This document shows positions 7,754 through 18,846 of a stretch of DNA of 42,449 nucleotides, piece after piece (within the stretch, counting starts at the first letter, position 1; each line of letters starts with the position of its first letter). Both the position numbers and the translations under genes were made by a program. A model generated the notes under the pieces. The model was not told where the DNA came from, did not search any database, and worked only from the letters and a program-made list of their open reading frames with translations. The stretch covers positions 1-42,449 of IMG/VR virus record IMGVR_UViG_3300045988_091463, one strand, 5' to 3'. This stretch comes from a virus.

Positions 7754-10700
7754 ATGGGAAATATAGGTAAATTGGTAGCCACTGCGACGCTTGACATAGC
7801 GCCGTTTCAAACCAACACAAAACAATTGAAAACTTACATGCGTGGCATCGACAGCTCTTTGAAAGCCGTTGAAAAATCTATTAGCGGTCAAGGAAGTAAA
7901 ATCAAAGGTTTGCGTGCCGTCTATAACGAAACAGGACAAGCTTTAAAAGGCTACCAATCGCTATTAGTACAGCAATCCCAAAAATATAATGCTTTGAAGG
8001 CTGAAATAGGTGATTTCTCGACAGCGACAGCAGCTCAAAAAGACGCTCTGATTGGCGCACATACAGCGATGATGGATACCGCAGCTAAAGTAAGCGAGTT
8101 ACAAGGACGTTTACAAGGCTTAGCTACTGAAATGAGTGTGTTTACTCGAATGGGCTCGGCAATGACCAATTTTGGTAACACGCTTCAAAGCGTCGGCGGT
8201 AAGATGACAGGGCTTGGGAATACCATGACGGTTGGTGTGACAGCGCCAATTGTAGCAGGAGTTGGAGCCGTCGTTAAATCTGCCATGTCCTGGGAAAGTG
8301 CGTTTGCTGGTGTTAAAAAGACCAACGATGAAGTCGTTGATTCGAACGGTAATGTGGTTTACTCATATGCGGATTTGGAAAGCGGTTTGCGTGGTTTAAC
8401 AGCGCAATTGCCAGCTAGTCACGAAGAAATTGCAGGGGTGGCTGAAGCAGCTGGTCAGTTAGGCATCAAGTCACAAGACGTTGTTAGCTTTACCAAAACC
8501 ATGATTGATATGGGCGAGTCAACTAACTTGTCAGCTGAAGACGCGGCATCAGCAATTGCTAAAATTGCAAATATTACTGGTTTAACATCAGATGAGTACC
8601 AACGTTTTGGTAGTTCAGTAGTAGCTTTGGGTAATAACTTCGCTACCACTGAATCAGACATTGTCAGCATGGCTAACCGTTTAGCGGCTTCTGGAACATT
8701 GGCAGGTTTGACTAACCAAGAAATTCTAGGTCTTGCGACAGCGATGTCTTCTGTCGGTATTGAAGCAGAAGCTGGGGGGACTGCAATGACCCAAACCCTA
8801 TCAGCTATCGAATCTGCGGTAGCTGCTGGCGGCGAAGACTTGCAAAAATTTGCAACAGTCGCTGGCGAATCCGCACAAGAATTCGCTGATAAATGGAAAA
8901 ATCATCCAATCGAAGCTATCCAAGATTTCATTCGAGGTCTTGGAAAACTTGACGAAAAAGGCGAGAGTGCCACTATGGTGTTGGACGACATGCAACTTTC
9001 TGGTGTTCGTCAGTCTAACATGCTTAAATCATTAGCACTTGCCGCAGATACAATGACAGGTGCGGTTGATCTGTCAAATCGGGCATGGAGTGAAAATACG
9101 GCGCTTACTAACGAAGCAAGCACACGTTACGAAACAACTGAATCAAAACTTAGAATGTTAAAAAACCAAGTGGTCGATATGGCTATCGACTTCGGTGGTC
9201 CGTTCGTAGATGCGTTAAAAAATGGTCTCGAGGCATCTAAGCCACTCATTCAGACGTTGTCTGACATGGCCAAGAAATTCAACGAACTAAGTCCAGCTCA
9301 ACAACAGCACATTATGAAGTGGCTAGCTATTTCAGCAGCTGCTGGTCCAGTGCTTTCGATTTTAGGAAAACTAACAACTGGTCTCGGCAGCATGTTTAAA
9401 GTCTTCGGTTCAGTCAATAGTGGAATTGGAAAACTTGTCGGCAAGCTCGCACCAATGGCTTCTGGCTTAACTGGTGTTGGAAGTGCAGCAGGTGGAGCGG
9501 CAGGTGCCGCATCTAACTTCGGTGGTGCAGTAGGATTGCTATCCAATCCACTGGGACTTGTCGTCGGCGGGGCGGCAGCACTCGCTGGTGGTTTGGTTGT
9601 ATTAGCTAATGCTAAACAGCACGCTCGTGAGGAAGCTCAAAAATACGGAACAACGCTTTCTGGCGAAACCAAAGGTGCGCTTGACCAATTCGGAACTGCA
9701 GTGACTAACGCTCAGATTGCTATGACCAACTTTGAAACCGGCGCAGTGCAGTCTGCCGATAATGTCAAGACGGCTGTAAGCGATATGATGAAACAAATCA
9801 CAGATGGTGCCAGTGACACCAAAACTCGAATAGATGAGCTCGCTCAAAAATACGGTTTTACCGATGAGCAGGTAGCCGCAGCGAAAGCTAAACAAGACCA
9901 GATTGTTTCGAATTCGCAAGCGATGGCAGACCAAATCACGTCAATTTACGAGAAACACAATGGCGACGTCAGCAAATTGACCGCTACCGAAAAGACGATT
10001 GTTGAAAACAATATGAGAGAACTTTGCAAAGCTCGTATTCAGGAATTGGGCCTTGGTAAAGATAAAGAAAAAGCTATCCTCAGAGTCTTTAACGGTGACG
10101 TTAAAAACATGACGATGGCACAGCTCAAAGACCAATCTTCGGCTTTGAAAGCTGCGATGAAAGAAGAACAAAAATCGTATAAACAACAGCGGAGCGATTT
10201 GAAAGAATCACTAAAACTCGGTCTTATGGATCAAGAGGAATACAACACGAAAATGGCTACGCTCAAGGCACAACACAATGCGACGATGTCTGAATTCGGT
10301 AAAGCACTAATTAAAGTAGCACAAGAACAAGATGCTCAAAGTGGCCAGTTTGGTGTGTACGCTGAAAAGGTTCGAAAAGTCTTGGCAGATTATGGCATGA
10401 GCTTTGAAGATTTGTCGAACCAAGCTTTGGAGTCTGCTAATAAAATAGGTCAAAATACATCGATGATTGGTACATATGCTGCCGATATGTCATCAGATGC
10501 AAGAACCGCTACCGACGAATGGAATTCTTTGACGCTCGATTTGTTAACTGGTGAACTTAAAACGAATGCAGTGCAAGAAGTAGCAAAAGCTTTGACTGCT
10601 GAAAACGGTTGGAACAACATGGAATTCATTCTCAAGAATGCCAATATAAATTCCAACGCTCGCGTAGAAGTTGCAGACGCTTTGCAAAGATTAGGCGAAT

Positions 10701-11857
10701 GGGACAATACGACACCTGAGCAAAAAGAATTGTTGTTTCAAAACGACAAAGGTTTGTTAGCTATTTACCAATCTAAAGACCAGCTCGATATTTGGAACGG
10801 TATGCCGACAAACGTTAAAGAACTTTTGTGTGAAAATGAAAAATTCACTTCGAACGCAGGAACAGCTAAAGAAATGCTTGACAAGTGGAATAATGCAACA
10901 CCAGATCAAAAAGATTTGATAGCGCATAACCAAACGTCTGACGCCGTCAGCGCAGCAATCAATATGCTTTTGACTGTGCCTGATGCCAAAGACACTAATT
11001 TGACAGCTACTGATAGCACAGGTGGCGCCACTGGTTCTGCCCAAAGTAAAATCAATAACGTTAACCAGAAATCAGTCCCTGGAATCTTAGCATCCGACTT
11101 AACAGGCGGGGCTACGGGTTCTGCCCAAGGTAAAATAAACAACGTTAATCAGAAATCAGTACCCGGTATCTTAGCATCCGACTTAACAGGCGGACCAACA
11201 GGAAGCGCCAAAGCAAAAATTGCTAGCGTTCATGGTAAAACAGTACACATCAGTGCTGTAGACCGCGCCTCTGGCATTATTTCAGGGATCAAAGGCTGGA
11301 TAGATTCTCTGCACGACAAAGTCGTTAATATCAGAACGAACCACACAAAAAATGAAAAAGGTACTAACTTCCACCCAGGTGGATTAGCGCTTGTAAACGA
11401 CCAAAAGGGCGGCACTTATCGCGAATTGGTCACTTTGCCTGACGGAACTAGCTTCATTCCGAAAGACCGTAACGTTATGCTGCCGCTCCCTCGAGGTTCA
11501 AAAGTCCTACCTGCCAACAAAACAAAACAACTGTTTCCTCGCTATGCGAACGGAATTGGATTTGAAAATACTCGTGTTGCAGATGTCGCACGAAGAATCG
11601 GTAATTTGCAGTCACAAAGTGACGTGGCCGTTTTAACCGACCACAGCGATAATAGCAACATTAATCAAGCTCTTAATAAGCTTATCGAACTCGTAGCGGA
11701 AAACACAGACAGCTTAGATAAGCTGGCTGCAAGACAAATAATTATTGAAAACTACATGGATACTGAACGCGTTGGGCGTTCGGTTGCTAAGTCAGTAACT
11801 AGTGAACAAGAGCGTCAGAACTCCATTAAAAACGCAATCTATGGAAAGGGGTGGTAA
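7754..11857 (+). CDS. Tape measure protein
   Basis: 1367 aa, Ala/Gly-rich with hydrophobic segments and coiled coils. Standard position. Confidence 0.95.
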   Translation: MGNIGKLVATATLDIAPFQTNTKQLKTYMRGIDSSLKAVEKSISGQGSKIKGLRAVYNETGQALKGYQSLLVQQSQKYNALKAEIGDFSTATAAQKDALIGAHTAMMDTAAKVSELQGRLQGLATEMSVFTRMGSAMTNFGNTLQSVGGKMTGLGNTMTVGVTAPIVAGVGAVVKSAMSWESAFAGVKKTNDEVVDSNGNVVYSYADLESGLRGLTAQLPASHEEIAGVAEAAGQLGIKSQDVVSFTKTMIDMGESTNLSAEDAASAIAKIANITGLTSDEYQRFGSSVVALGNNFATTESDIVSMANRLAASGTLAGLTNQEILGLATAMSSVGIEAEAGGTAMTQTLSAIESAVAAGGEDLQKFATVAGESAQEFADKWKNHPIEAIQDFIRGLGKLDEKGESATMVLDDMQLSGVRQSNMLKSLALAADTMTGAVDLSNRAWSENTALTNEASTRYETTESKLRMLKNQVVDMAIDFGGPFVDALKNGLEASKPLIQTLSDMAKKFNELSPAQQQHIMKWLAISAAAGPVLSILGKLTTGLGSMFKVFGSVNSGIGKLVGKLAPMASGLTGVGSAAGGAAGAASNFGGAVGLLSNPLGLVVGGAAALAGGLVVLANAKQHAREEAQKYGTTLSGETKGALDQFGTAVTNAQIAMTNFETGAVQSADNVKTAVSDMMKQITDGASDTKTRIDELAQKYGFTDEQVAAAKAKQDQIVSNSQAMADQITSIYEKHNGDVSKLTATEKTIVENNMRELCKARIQELGLGKDKEKAILRVFNGDVKNMTMAQLKDQSSALKAAMKEEQKSYKQQRSDLKESLKLGLMDQEEYNTKMATLKAQHNATMSEFGKALIKVAQEQDAQSGQFGVYAEKVRKVLADYGMSFEDLSNQALESANKIGQNTSMIGTYAADMSSDARTATDEWNSLTLDLLTGELKTNAVQEVAKALTAENGWNNMEFILKNANINSNARVEVADALQRLGEWDNTTPEQKELLFQNDKGLLAIYQSKDQLDIWNGMPTNVKELLCENEKFTSNAGTAKEMLDKWNNATPDQKDLIAHNQTSDAVSAAINMLLTVPDAKDTNLTATDSTGGATGSAQSKINNVNQKSVPGILASDLTGGATGSAQGKINNVNQKSVPGILASDLTGGPTGSAKAKIASVHGKTVHISAVDRASGIISGIKGWIDSLHDKVVNIRTNHTKNEKGTNFHPGGLALVNDQKGGTYRELVTLPDGTSFIPKDRNVMLPLPRGSKVLPANKTKQLFPRYANGIGFENTRVADVARRIGNLQSQSDVAVLTDHSDNSNINQALNKLIELVAENTDSLDKLAARQIIIENYMDTERVGRSVAKSVTSEQERQNSIKNAIYGKGW
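11018..11250 (+). repeat. In-frame 84-bp tandem repeat inside the tape measure gene (two full copies plus a diverged third)
   Basis: The peptide TGGATGSAQ(S/G)KINNVNQKSVPGILASDL is repeated. The DNA copies start at 11018, 11102 and 11186. Confidence 0.9.
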
Positions 11858-13356
11858 AAATAGAAAAAGTATTTTTTGACGAAAAAGAATTGACACAATA
11901 CATTACAGTAGCTTCCGATTTTCATCTGTGGCAAGGTGCCGATTTCGACCCGCAGTTTTCAGAAAATGAAATTCTGAGTGGTTCGGAATTCAATTATACG
12001 CGTTTTGGCACAAAGACAATACCTGTGCCGTTTTATACGTGCACTGGCTCAGTCGAAGACTATAATCAGCTACAGCGCATTTTAAAAGTCAAAAAACCTA
12101 AAGAACTCCGTTTCAGTAGTCTGCCGAATTTAACGTTTCAGGCTATTCCAAGTGGAGATTTAGACTACGATAAGATAACACGAAACGCTGGAAAAGGCAC
12201 AATTAACTTTATTATCGCAGATGGCTTAGCACATTCAAAAACAGCACGAGAGTTTGAATTTGCTAAGAATTCTGACGGCATTTGGGAAACTGAAATCGTC
12301 AACGACGGTAGTGAAGACGCATATGTCAATTACGAAATTAAGCTCAAGAAAGAATCTGGTTTCGTTGGCATTGTTAGCGAGTATGGTGCTATGCAATTTG
12401 GGAAAGTTGACGAAGCAGATGGTTACACCGCACGAAAAAACGTGACCGTTTTAAGTAACCAAAAAGGCGATTTTGCCAATTGGGCAGACGGTACTGTTTG
12501 TTACGAAAATCAAAGAAAAATCGTAACAACTCAAATGACGTCAGATGCAGCGTTCAACGGCCGTCTTGGTTTATTGCCGAGTTCCTTCAGAACGAGCGGA
12601 ACATCTGGTGCCCTGCAGTATGGAGCGGTTAAAGAATACACACTAACCAATCCTATTTCTCAATGGTATATTTGGGCTAGAGCTTGGTTTGAAACTGGAT
12701 TGATGGGGCAAACTGGCGCCTGGTGTCTGTCTGTACTAGATGAAGGTAATCATCTCATAGCTGGCATGGCAATTGAGAAAGACGACACAGTTGGTAATAC
12801 TGCTAATATTCGCTTCTTAATGGGTGACGGTTCAGGTGGTAGCCGTACGGTTAAGACAATTCCATTCACGCCATCGTATTGGTTGCCACCTAACCCATAC
12901 GGTTCAGAGGGACGTGCTAAGAACTCGAATATGTTCGACTTAGTAAAAGAGAAAGACCGTGTGCAGTTCTTCTGGTACGGTGGCTATTATCCGTACTATG
13001 ATTCTCGTTTAGCAAATGTCAAAGCGAAGAAAATTCAGTTTTTCGTCGGACAGTATGCAGGACGAAACACGACCGACAGAAAAGTGACACATCACTATTT
13101 AAACGATTTTCTTTTTCAAGAATTGCATGTTGATTATTGGAAAGACGTTCCTAATCGCTATCCAAGCGGTTCAACGATTGCTATTGACGGCGAAAAAGGG
13201 CAAATCAAAGTCAATAATCAAATTCGTTTAGATGACGAAATTCTTGGTACGACTTATTTCAAAGTTCCACCTGGGAAGACAAAAGTGCGGTTATTAGTTT
13301 CTAGTTTTGCCGAAGTGGCAAGTGCCACAGCAACAATACAGGAGGTTTACATTTGA
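11851..13356 (+). CDS. Distal tail protein (Dit), long form with an inserted domain
   Basis: 501 aa. The GTG start overlaps the tape measure stop. Position is between the tape measure and Tal genes. Confidence 0.75.
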   Translation: MVKIEKVFFDEKELTQYITVASDFHLWQGADFDPQFSENEILSGSEFNYTRFGTKTIPVPFYTCTGSVEDYNQLQRILKVKKPKELRFSSLPNLTFQAIPSGDLDYDKITRNAGKGTINFIIADGLAHSKTAREFEFAKNSDGIWETEIVNDGSEDAYVNYEIKLKKESGFVGIVSEYGAMQFGKVDEADGYTARKNVTVLSNQKGDFANWADGTVCYENQRKIVTTQMTSDAAFNGRLGLLPSSFRTSGTSGALQYGAVKEYTLTNPISQWYIWARAWFETGLMGQTGAWCLSVLDEGNHLIAGMAIEKDDTVGNTANIRFLMGDGSGGSRTVKTIPFTPSYWLPPNPYGSEGRAKNSNMFDLVKEKDRVQFFWYGGYYPYYDSRLANVKAKKIQFFVGQYAGRNTTDRKVTHHYLNDFLFQELHVDYWKDVPNRYPSGSTIAIDGEKGQIKVNNQIRLDDEILGTTYFKVPPGKTKVRLLVSSFAEVASATATIQEVYI

Positions 13357-16300
13357 GCAAGAATAATGTACGTATTGCAATTCGTGATTCAACAGACAGC
13401 CATAATGTGGCTTTTTTTGATAATAAAGCAGGAATTAAATATAAGAGTGCTAATTTGCACCGCTTCTTAGCAGGTTCAGCAAGTATTTTAACGATTAAGT
13501 ACAATTCAAAAGATATTGACAGTATTCGTTCTGGCTGTAAGCTAGCTTTTCGCTATAAGAATCGTGACTACTGGCTTAATGTCATGAGCTTTGAAAAGAA
13601 AGGTTTTGAAGTCGAATTGACCGCTTATTCGCTTGGCCTTGAATTGAATAATGAAACTCGTGGCGAACATAAACCAGCGAATGCTATGTCAATTGCTGAA
13701 TATGTGGCTTATTACGACCCAGAACACGCTTTAACAATCGGCGTTAACGAAGTATCTGACAAGCGAATCAAATTGGAATGGACGGGCACAGACACGATTC
13801 TTGCACGTCTTTTTTCTGTTGCGAACAGTTTTGGCGCAGAACTTGATTTCAACGTTGAACTCAATGACGATTATTCACTTAAACGTCAAGTGTTGAATAT
13901 CTATAAAAAAGGTAATCTTGGCACAAATAAGGTCAGTCAACCTGTAAGAGTTGGCAAAGAGCTTAAAGTCATCAACTACAGCGATAATATCAAAGAGTTA
14001 AGAACAGCAGTTCGAGCAACTGGTAAAGACGGCTTAACTATTGACGGTCTTAATAAAACAATTTACGACAACAATAAAGAGCTACTCTATTACTCAAGTG
14101 GTATGACAGTCTATGCGCCACAATCTCGTGACCGCTTTCCATCTGTTGGCAAAGGCTCAAATGACAACTGGATTGTTAAAGATTTAGGTGAAACACAATA
14201 TGAGACCAAAGAAGCTCTTTGGGGTTATATGTATGGAGAAATCCAAAAAATATCTGTGCCAGAAATCACCTACGAAGTTGAAGGTGCTATAGAAGCTGGT
14301 ATCGGCGACACGCAAACATTGATTGATGATATTCACTTTGAACCAGCGTTATATGTGCAGGCTCGGGTTTCTGAACTTGAAGATGACATCTTGACAGGCA
14401 AAGTGACAAACTCAACATTTATCAACTTTGAACGCAAATACAGTCAGATTGCAGACAGCTTATTAAAACAGGTTGAAGCACTAGCAGAAGAGGCAGCGCC
14501 TTACATCGTCCGTCTATCAACTGATAATGGCTACAATTTTAAAAACGGTCAAGGTACAAGCACAATCACCGCACGTCTTGAGAAATACAGCAAAGACATA
14601 GCGGCAACATGGAAGTGGGTCGTTGATAATAAGGTTGTTGGAACTGGTGACAAACTAACGGTTAAGGCTGAACAGGTCACGAACACAATGGCTGTCACGG
14701 TCATTGCTTACGTTAATGGCAATGAAGTTGTACGCGACTACATGACCTTTTCAAACAGCGATGACGGTGTAGGTGTTGAATCTATCGACCGCTATTTCAC
14801 ATCAAGTGACCAATCGGACGGCGTGACAATCGAAGGAGCAGAATGGTCTGATAAACCACCAGCACCGACAGAAGACGGCAAGTATTTATGGGCATATGAT
14901 GAAATCACTTATACAGACGGCACAGTTACCACGACGAAACCAGCCGCTGTTGGTGCAAACTTTGACGTCGATGCCTTTCGCGCTGAAATCGCCGAAGACC
15001 TAAAAGACGTACCAAACCGTGAGGAATTTGAAAACAAAATTGCCGAGGAATTGGCTAACTCAAAAGCGGAAATCGAAACGCAGATTGAAACAGCCAAAAC
15101 GCAAGCTGAAAGCAACGCCAAAGAATACGCTGATGAAATCAACCAGGCAACAGCAGAAGTCGCAGAACAAGCGAATACAGCTGCCAACAGTTTAAAATCT
15201 GACTTAGCCAAAGTCAAAACTGATTTAACTACCACAACGTCAACTGCAAATGCTGCTAAGACGTCAGCAAGCGAAGCCAAACAGCAACTTACCGCAGTAG
15301 CTAATGATTTGTCTAAAGCAAAAACAGACTTGCAAAACGCTGTTAGCGCGGTTGACACAAAAGCTACGAATTTGCAGAGTGATGTATCAAATCTCAATAC
15401 AAGTTTGTCTAACACAGCTAAAGCGTTGCAGACACAAGGCACGACATTAGCCAATCAAGCTAAAGAGTTACAGACACAAGCTAGTCAGTTAACGGATCAA
15501 GCAAAAGCGCAAGAGACGTTAACTACACGAGTAGAAAATGTTGAGACTACTGCCAACGGCACTAAGACAACAGTCAGCGAATTAAGTAAAACAGTTACTC
15601 AAAATGGCAAAGACATCACAAGTGTGTCGAACCGTACTAAGACGGTTGAAACTAGTTTAACTAGCGCTAAAACGTCAATTAGCGAACTGCAAACAAGTGT
15701 ATCAACAGCTAAAACTGATTTAACGAATCTGACTAAGCGAACTAAGACTGTTGAAGATGGCTTGACAGGAACTAAAACTAATCTTAGTGAGTTAACACAA
15801 ACTGTTTCAAACGATGGTAAGACGATTGCTAGTCTAACCAGTCGAACTAAAACGGTAGAGGACAGCGTAAGTGGTCTTAAGACTACGATGTCAAGCGTGC
15901 AGAAAGATTTAACTGCTGTTACAACTCGCACTAAAACGGTCGAAGATGATTTGTCAGGAACTAAAACAACATTATCACAAGTACAGACAACAGCTAACAG
16001 TGCTAGTCAGAAAACAGCAACGTTGGAAACTGGTTTGAATGGGTTAACTGCGAAGTTTGATAATTTAAAAATCGGTGGCACGAATCTTTTGCTTTATTCG
16101 GGCGACCCATGGAAAGCTCCAAACGATTACTATCAAAATGTTGGTGCTATCAAGACAGATGAAACATTAAATGGCTCAATCGTGTACAAGACACGCTCTG
16201 CTTGGGCTAGTTTGCGCTCGAATTGGGGTAAACATCTAATCGACAGAAATAGCGTAAAAGTTGGCGACGAATTTACATATTCAGTCTACGTAAGAACCGA

Positions 16301-18845
16301 CCAAGAAACACCAATAAAAGCACGGCTATTCTTTAGATATAGCGGTCAAAGCAACGCCGAAGATATGACGGGTGAAAAGCTTATTACACAAGAATGGCAG
16401 CGATTTACGAAGACATTCACCGTTACTCAAAAAATGTTGTCTGATTCCTCTAAGTTGAACTGGGTTGGTTTCGAACAAACATCAAACAGCGAAGATGGAA
16501 AATTTGTTTATTATGCTTGCAATAAGTTGGAACGTGGGAACATCGCGACCGATTACAGTCCAAACGAAGCCGACCTCGAGCAAAAGGTTTCTGAATATAA
16601 GCAAACCGCAGACCAAAACTACGCAAGCTTGCAAACGACTGTACAAGCCTTAGATGGCACAGTGACAGCCAACAAGGCAACCGCAGACCAAACGGCGGAA
16701 GGCTTTAAGACACGTATTGAATCACTTGAAACGTACAAGAGCGGTGAATCAACACGGGCTAACCAATACTTTGAGAGCGCTAAGACTGAAACAGCACGGC
16801 AATTGACTGCTGAACGTACAGCGATTGCTAAGGACTACGTTGCTAAGTCAACATATACTAGCGATGTGACTGGCATTCGTAATGACTTAACAGCAACGAC
16901 CACAACAGCCAATACGACTAAAACCAATCTTGCTAACTATCAAGCGAGCAATGATAAAGCAGTAGCTAACTTGCAAAGCAATCTGCAAACAGCGAATGGC
17001 AATATTAGCAGTTTGAAGACGAAAGTTGAAGCAGTACCTGGCCAGATTACAAGTGCGGTGTCTGCGGTTGAGGGGAAAATACCGAAAAGCGTTGGCGCAG
17101 TTAACTTATTTAAAGGTAGTCGTGATTTTAGCGGTACGAGCTGGGTTAATAATAACAGTAGTCTCTATACTGAAGATTATCAGGGCGTTAAGATATTTAA
17201 AAAAAATTCAATGTGGGGTGGGCTCTCGCAGTATTTCGAGGTGAAAACTGGTGAAGAGTATGTGTTTAGTGGATATGTCAAAAGTAGCGCTAAAACAGAC
17301 AATGTTACATTCTATTTAGTCCACAAATCAAAACAACCCATGGCAACAGGACTTGTAAGCTTTGACTCTGCCAATACCCAAGATCTTGTAAATTTCGACT
17401 TGACAGACAAATACAAACGCATTGCTATTAAAATCAAAATCACTAAAGATGGCTGGATAATGCCACGTTTAGAGCGGTATAACAATGACGCTTATCTTTT
17501 CTTTGGCGGGTATAAGTTGGAACGTGGCAACATCGCAACTGACTACAGCCCGAACCCTGAAGACTATGACAGTAAGTTAGCAACTGCACAGTCTGAATTC
17601 AAACAGACGACTGACGCAATCAAAGCCAGTGTGTCTTCGTTGGATAGTTCAACGGTCAAGAGTGCTAGCTTGACTATTAATACAGACGGAATCGTCATGA
17701 AGGCTGGCAAGTCAACGACTGATGTTGCTAATGCAATTGGCTCTTATTTTGCTGTTAATCAGAATGCTATCAATCTGTTTGCTGACAAGATAAAAGTTAA
17801 AGGTGACATGATTGTTGATGGTGCCATCACAAGCAACAAGATAGCCAGCCAATCGATTAATACGGCACATTTGAACGGTAAAATCATTACTGCTGACGTG
17901 ATAGCCACAGGAGCGATTACAGCAAATGCCATTAAAGCAGGAGCGGTAACTACCGACAAGATGACAGCGAACAGTATCAATGGCGACCGTATCACAGCTG
18001 GCACATTAGATGCAGCCAAAATCAAAGCTGGTAGCATTACAGCTAGTCAAATTGCAAGTGGCACAATTACCAGCGCACAAATCAAAACAGGAACAATTAG
18101 TGCAGCGAATATCGCAGTAGGTGCGATTACCACAGATAAAATAGCTGCTAATTCTATTAATTCAAGCAAAATTGTATCAAGTGGTATTACAGCGAACGTT
18201 ATCAAAGGTGGTAAATTACAATCACTATCTAACGCAACTAATTTTGAACTTGATACTGGTAAGCTTTTTTACAATAACAACAACACTGGTATTTTTCGTG
18301 TTCAAGCAAATGCTAGTACAATGGGACTTAAATTTTCAAATACTAGTATCACAGTTAGTGGAACTAGCCGAATCTTATCGCGAGTTATTTTAGGCGGTGA
18401 TCGTCGTGAAACTTCACTAGATGACGGAAAGTGGGACCAAGGTGGGTTTACTGGTATTGTGGCTGAAACAATCAACGGTGTTGATTCTAACGCTCACAGT
18501 CAAGCTGATACTTTACGTGTGATTGGAGATAATATTTATTTCACCCACAGTTACAACTACGACGCTCAAACAAAAACAAGTGCACAAGGTTGGAAGATGG
18601 AAACGTTCAGCCCTTTTTCAAGTTATGCAGGGAATGTCGTCTTGAAACCGTACGGTATTAATTATCGTCAATCAGACATCATCACTGGTGATGTTCGTTT
18701 AGATAACGGGGATGGCTCTGGTTATTGGGTGCGAGAATGTATAAGGACTTTAAGAAACTGTTTTCAACATTATCTCAACGGTGGAACAACATCAGGTGCT
18801 ATGAATGCAATACGAGATGCTTTAAAAGAAATTTCAGGAGTTTAA
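13353..18845 (+). CDS. Tail-associated protein (Tal N-terminus) fused to a long fibre/receptor-binding region
   Basis: 1830 aa with an overlapping TTG start. Contains coiled-coil repeats, two CBM-like modules each ending in KLERGNIATDYSPN, and a C-terminal G.IT...I.A repeat region. Confidence 0.85.
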   Translation: MSKNNVRIAIRDSTDSHNVAFFDNKAGIKYKSANLHRFLAGSASILTIKYNSKDIDSIRSGCKLAFRYKNRDYWLNVMSFEKKGFEVELTAYSLGLELNNETRGEHKPANAMSIAEYVAYYDPEHALTIGVNEVSDKRIKLEWTGTDTILARLFSVANSFGAELDFNVELNDDYSLKRQVLNIYKKGNLGTNKVSQPVRVGKELKVINYSDNIKELRTAVRATGKDGLTIDGLNKTIYDNNKELLYYSSGMTVYAPQSRDRFPSVGKGSNDNWIVKDLGETQYETKEALWGYMYGEIQKISVPEITYEVEGAIEAGIGDTQTLIDDIHFEPALYVQARVSELEDDILTGKVTNSTFINFERKYSQIADSLLKQVEALAEEAAPYIVRLSTDNGYNFKNGQGTSTITARLEKYSKDIAATWKWVVDNKVVGTGDKLTVKAEQVTNTMAVTVIAYVNGNEVVRDYMTFSNSDDGVGVESIDRYFTSSDQSDGVTIEGAEWSDKPPAPTEDGKYLWAYDEITYTDGTVTTTKPAAVGANFDVDAFRAEIAEDLKDVPNREEFENKIAEELANSKAEIETQIETAKTQAESNAKEYADEINQATAEVAEQANTAANSLKSDLAKVKTDLTTTTSTANAAKTSASEAKQQLTAVANDLSKAKTDLQNAVSAVDTKATNLQSDVSNLNTSLSNTAKALQTQGTTLANQAKELQTQASQLTDQAKAQETLTTRVENVETTANGTKTTVSELSKTVTQNGKDITSVSNRTKTVETSLTSAKTSISELQTSVSTAKTDLTNLTKRTKTVEDGLTGTKTNLSELTQTVSNDGKTIASLTSRTKTVEDSVSGLKTTMSSVQKDLTAVTTRTKTVEDDLSGTKTTLSQVQTTANSASQKTATLETGLNGLTAKFDNLKIGGTNLLLYSGDPWKAPNDYYQNVGAIKTDETLNGSIVYKTRSAWASLRSNWGKHLIDRNSVKVGDEFTYSVYVRTDQETPIKARLFFRYSGQSNAEDMTGEKLITQEWQRFTKTFTVTQKMLSDSSKLNWVGFEQTSNSEDGKFVYYACNKLERGNIATDYSPNEADLEQKVSEYKQTADQNYASLQTTVQALDGTVTANKATADQTAEGFKTRIESLETYKSGESTRANQYFESAKTETARQLTAERTAIAKDYVAKSTYTSDVTGIRNDLTATTTTANTTKTNLANYQASNDKAVANLQSNLQTANGNISSLKTKVEAVPGQITSAVSAVEGKIPKSVGAVNLFKGSRDFSGTSWVNNNSSLYTEDYQGVKIFKKNSMWGGLSQYFEVKTGEEYVFSGYVKSSAKTDNVTFYLVHKSKQPMATGLVSFDSANTQDLVNFDLTDKYKRIAIKIKITKDGWIMPRLERYNNDAYLFFGGYKLERGNIATDYSPNPEDYDSKLATAQSEFKQTTDAIKASVSSLDSSTVKSASLTINTDGIVMKAGKSTTDVANAIGSYFAVNQNAINLFADKIKVKGDMIVDGAITSNKIASQSINTAHLNGKIITADVIATGAITANAIKAGAVTTDKMTANSINGDRITAGTLDAAKIKAGSITASQIASGTITSAQIKTGTISAANIAVGAITTDKIAANSINSSKIVSSGITANVIKGGKLQSLSNATNFELDTGKLFYNNNNTGIFRVQANASTMGLKFSNTSITVSGTSRILSRVILGGDRRETSLDDGKWDQGGFTGIVAETINGVDSNAHSQADTLRVIGDNIYFTHSYNYDAQTKTSAQGWKMETFSPFSSYAGNVVLKPYGINYRQSDIITGDVRLDNGDGSGYWVRECIRTLRNCFQHYLNGGTTSGAMNAIRDALKEISGV

Positions 18846-18846
18846 T

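Noticed and set aside
10990-11250. CRISPR-like repeat array
   Set aside because: The repeats are contiguous 84-bp in-frame units inside the tape measure ORF, with no spacers. No CRISPR array or cas genes occur anywhere in the window.
14909-15454. Long antisense ORFs inside structural and replication genes (for example 14909-15454, 15599-15931, 6614-7315, 9298-9546, 33278-33646, 37370-37687, 37919-38233, all on the minus strand)
   Set aside because: Each is fully embedded opposite a well-supported gene, lacks an RBS, and has the low-complexity composition typical of shadow frames. They are treated as spurious.
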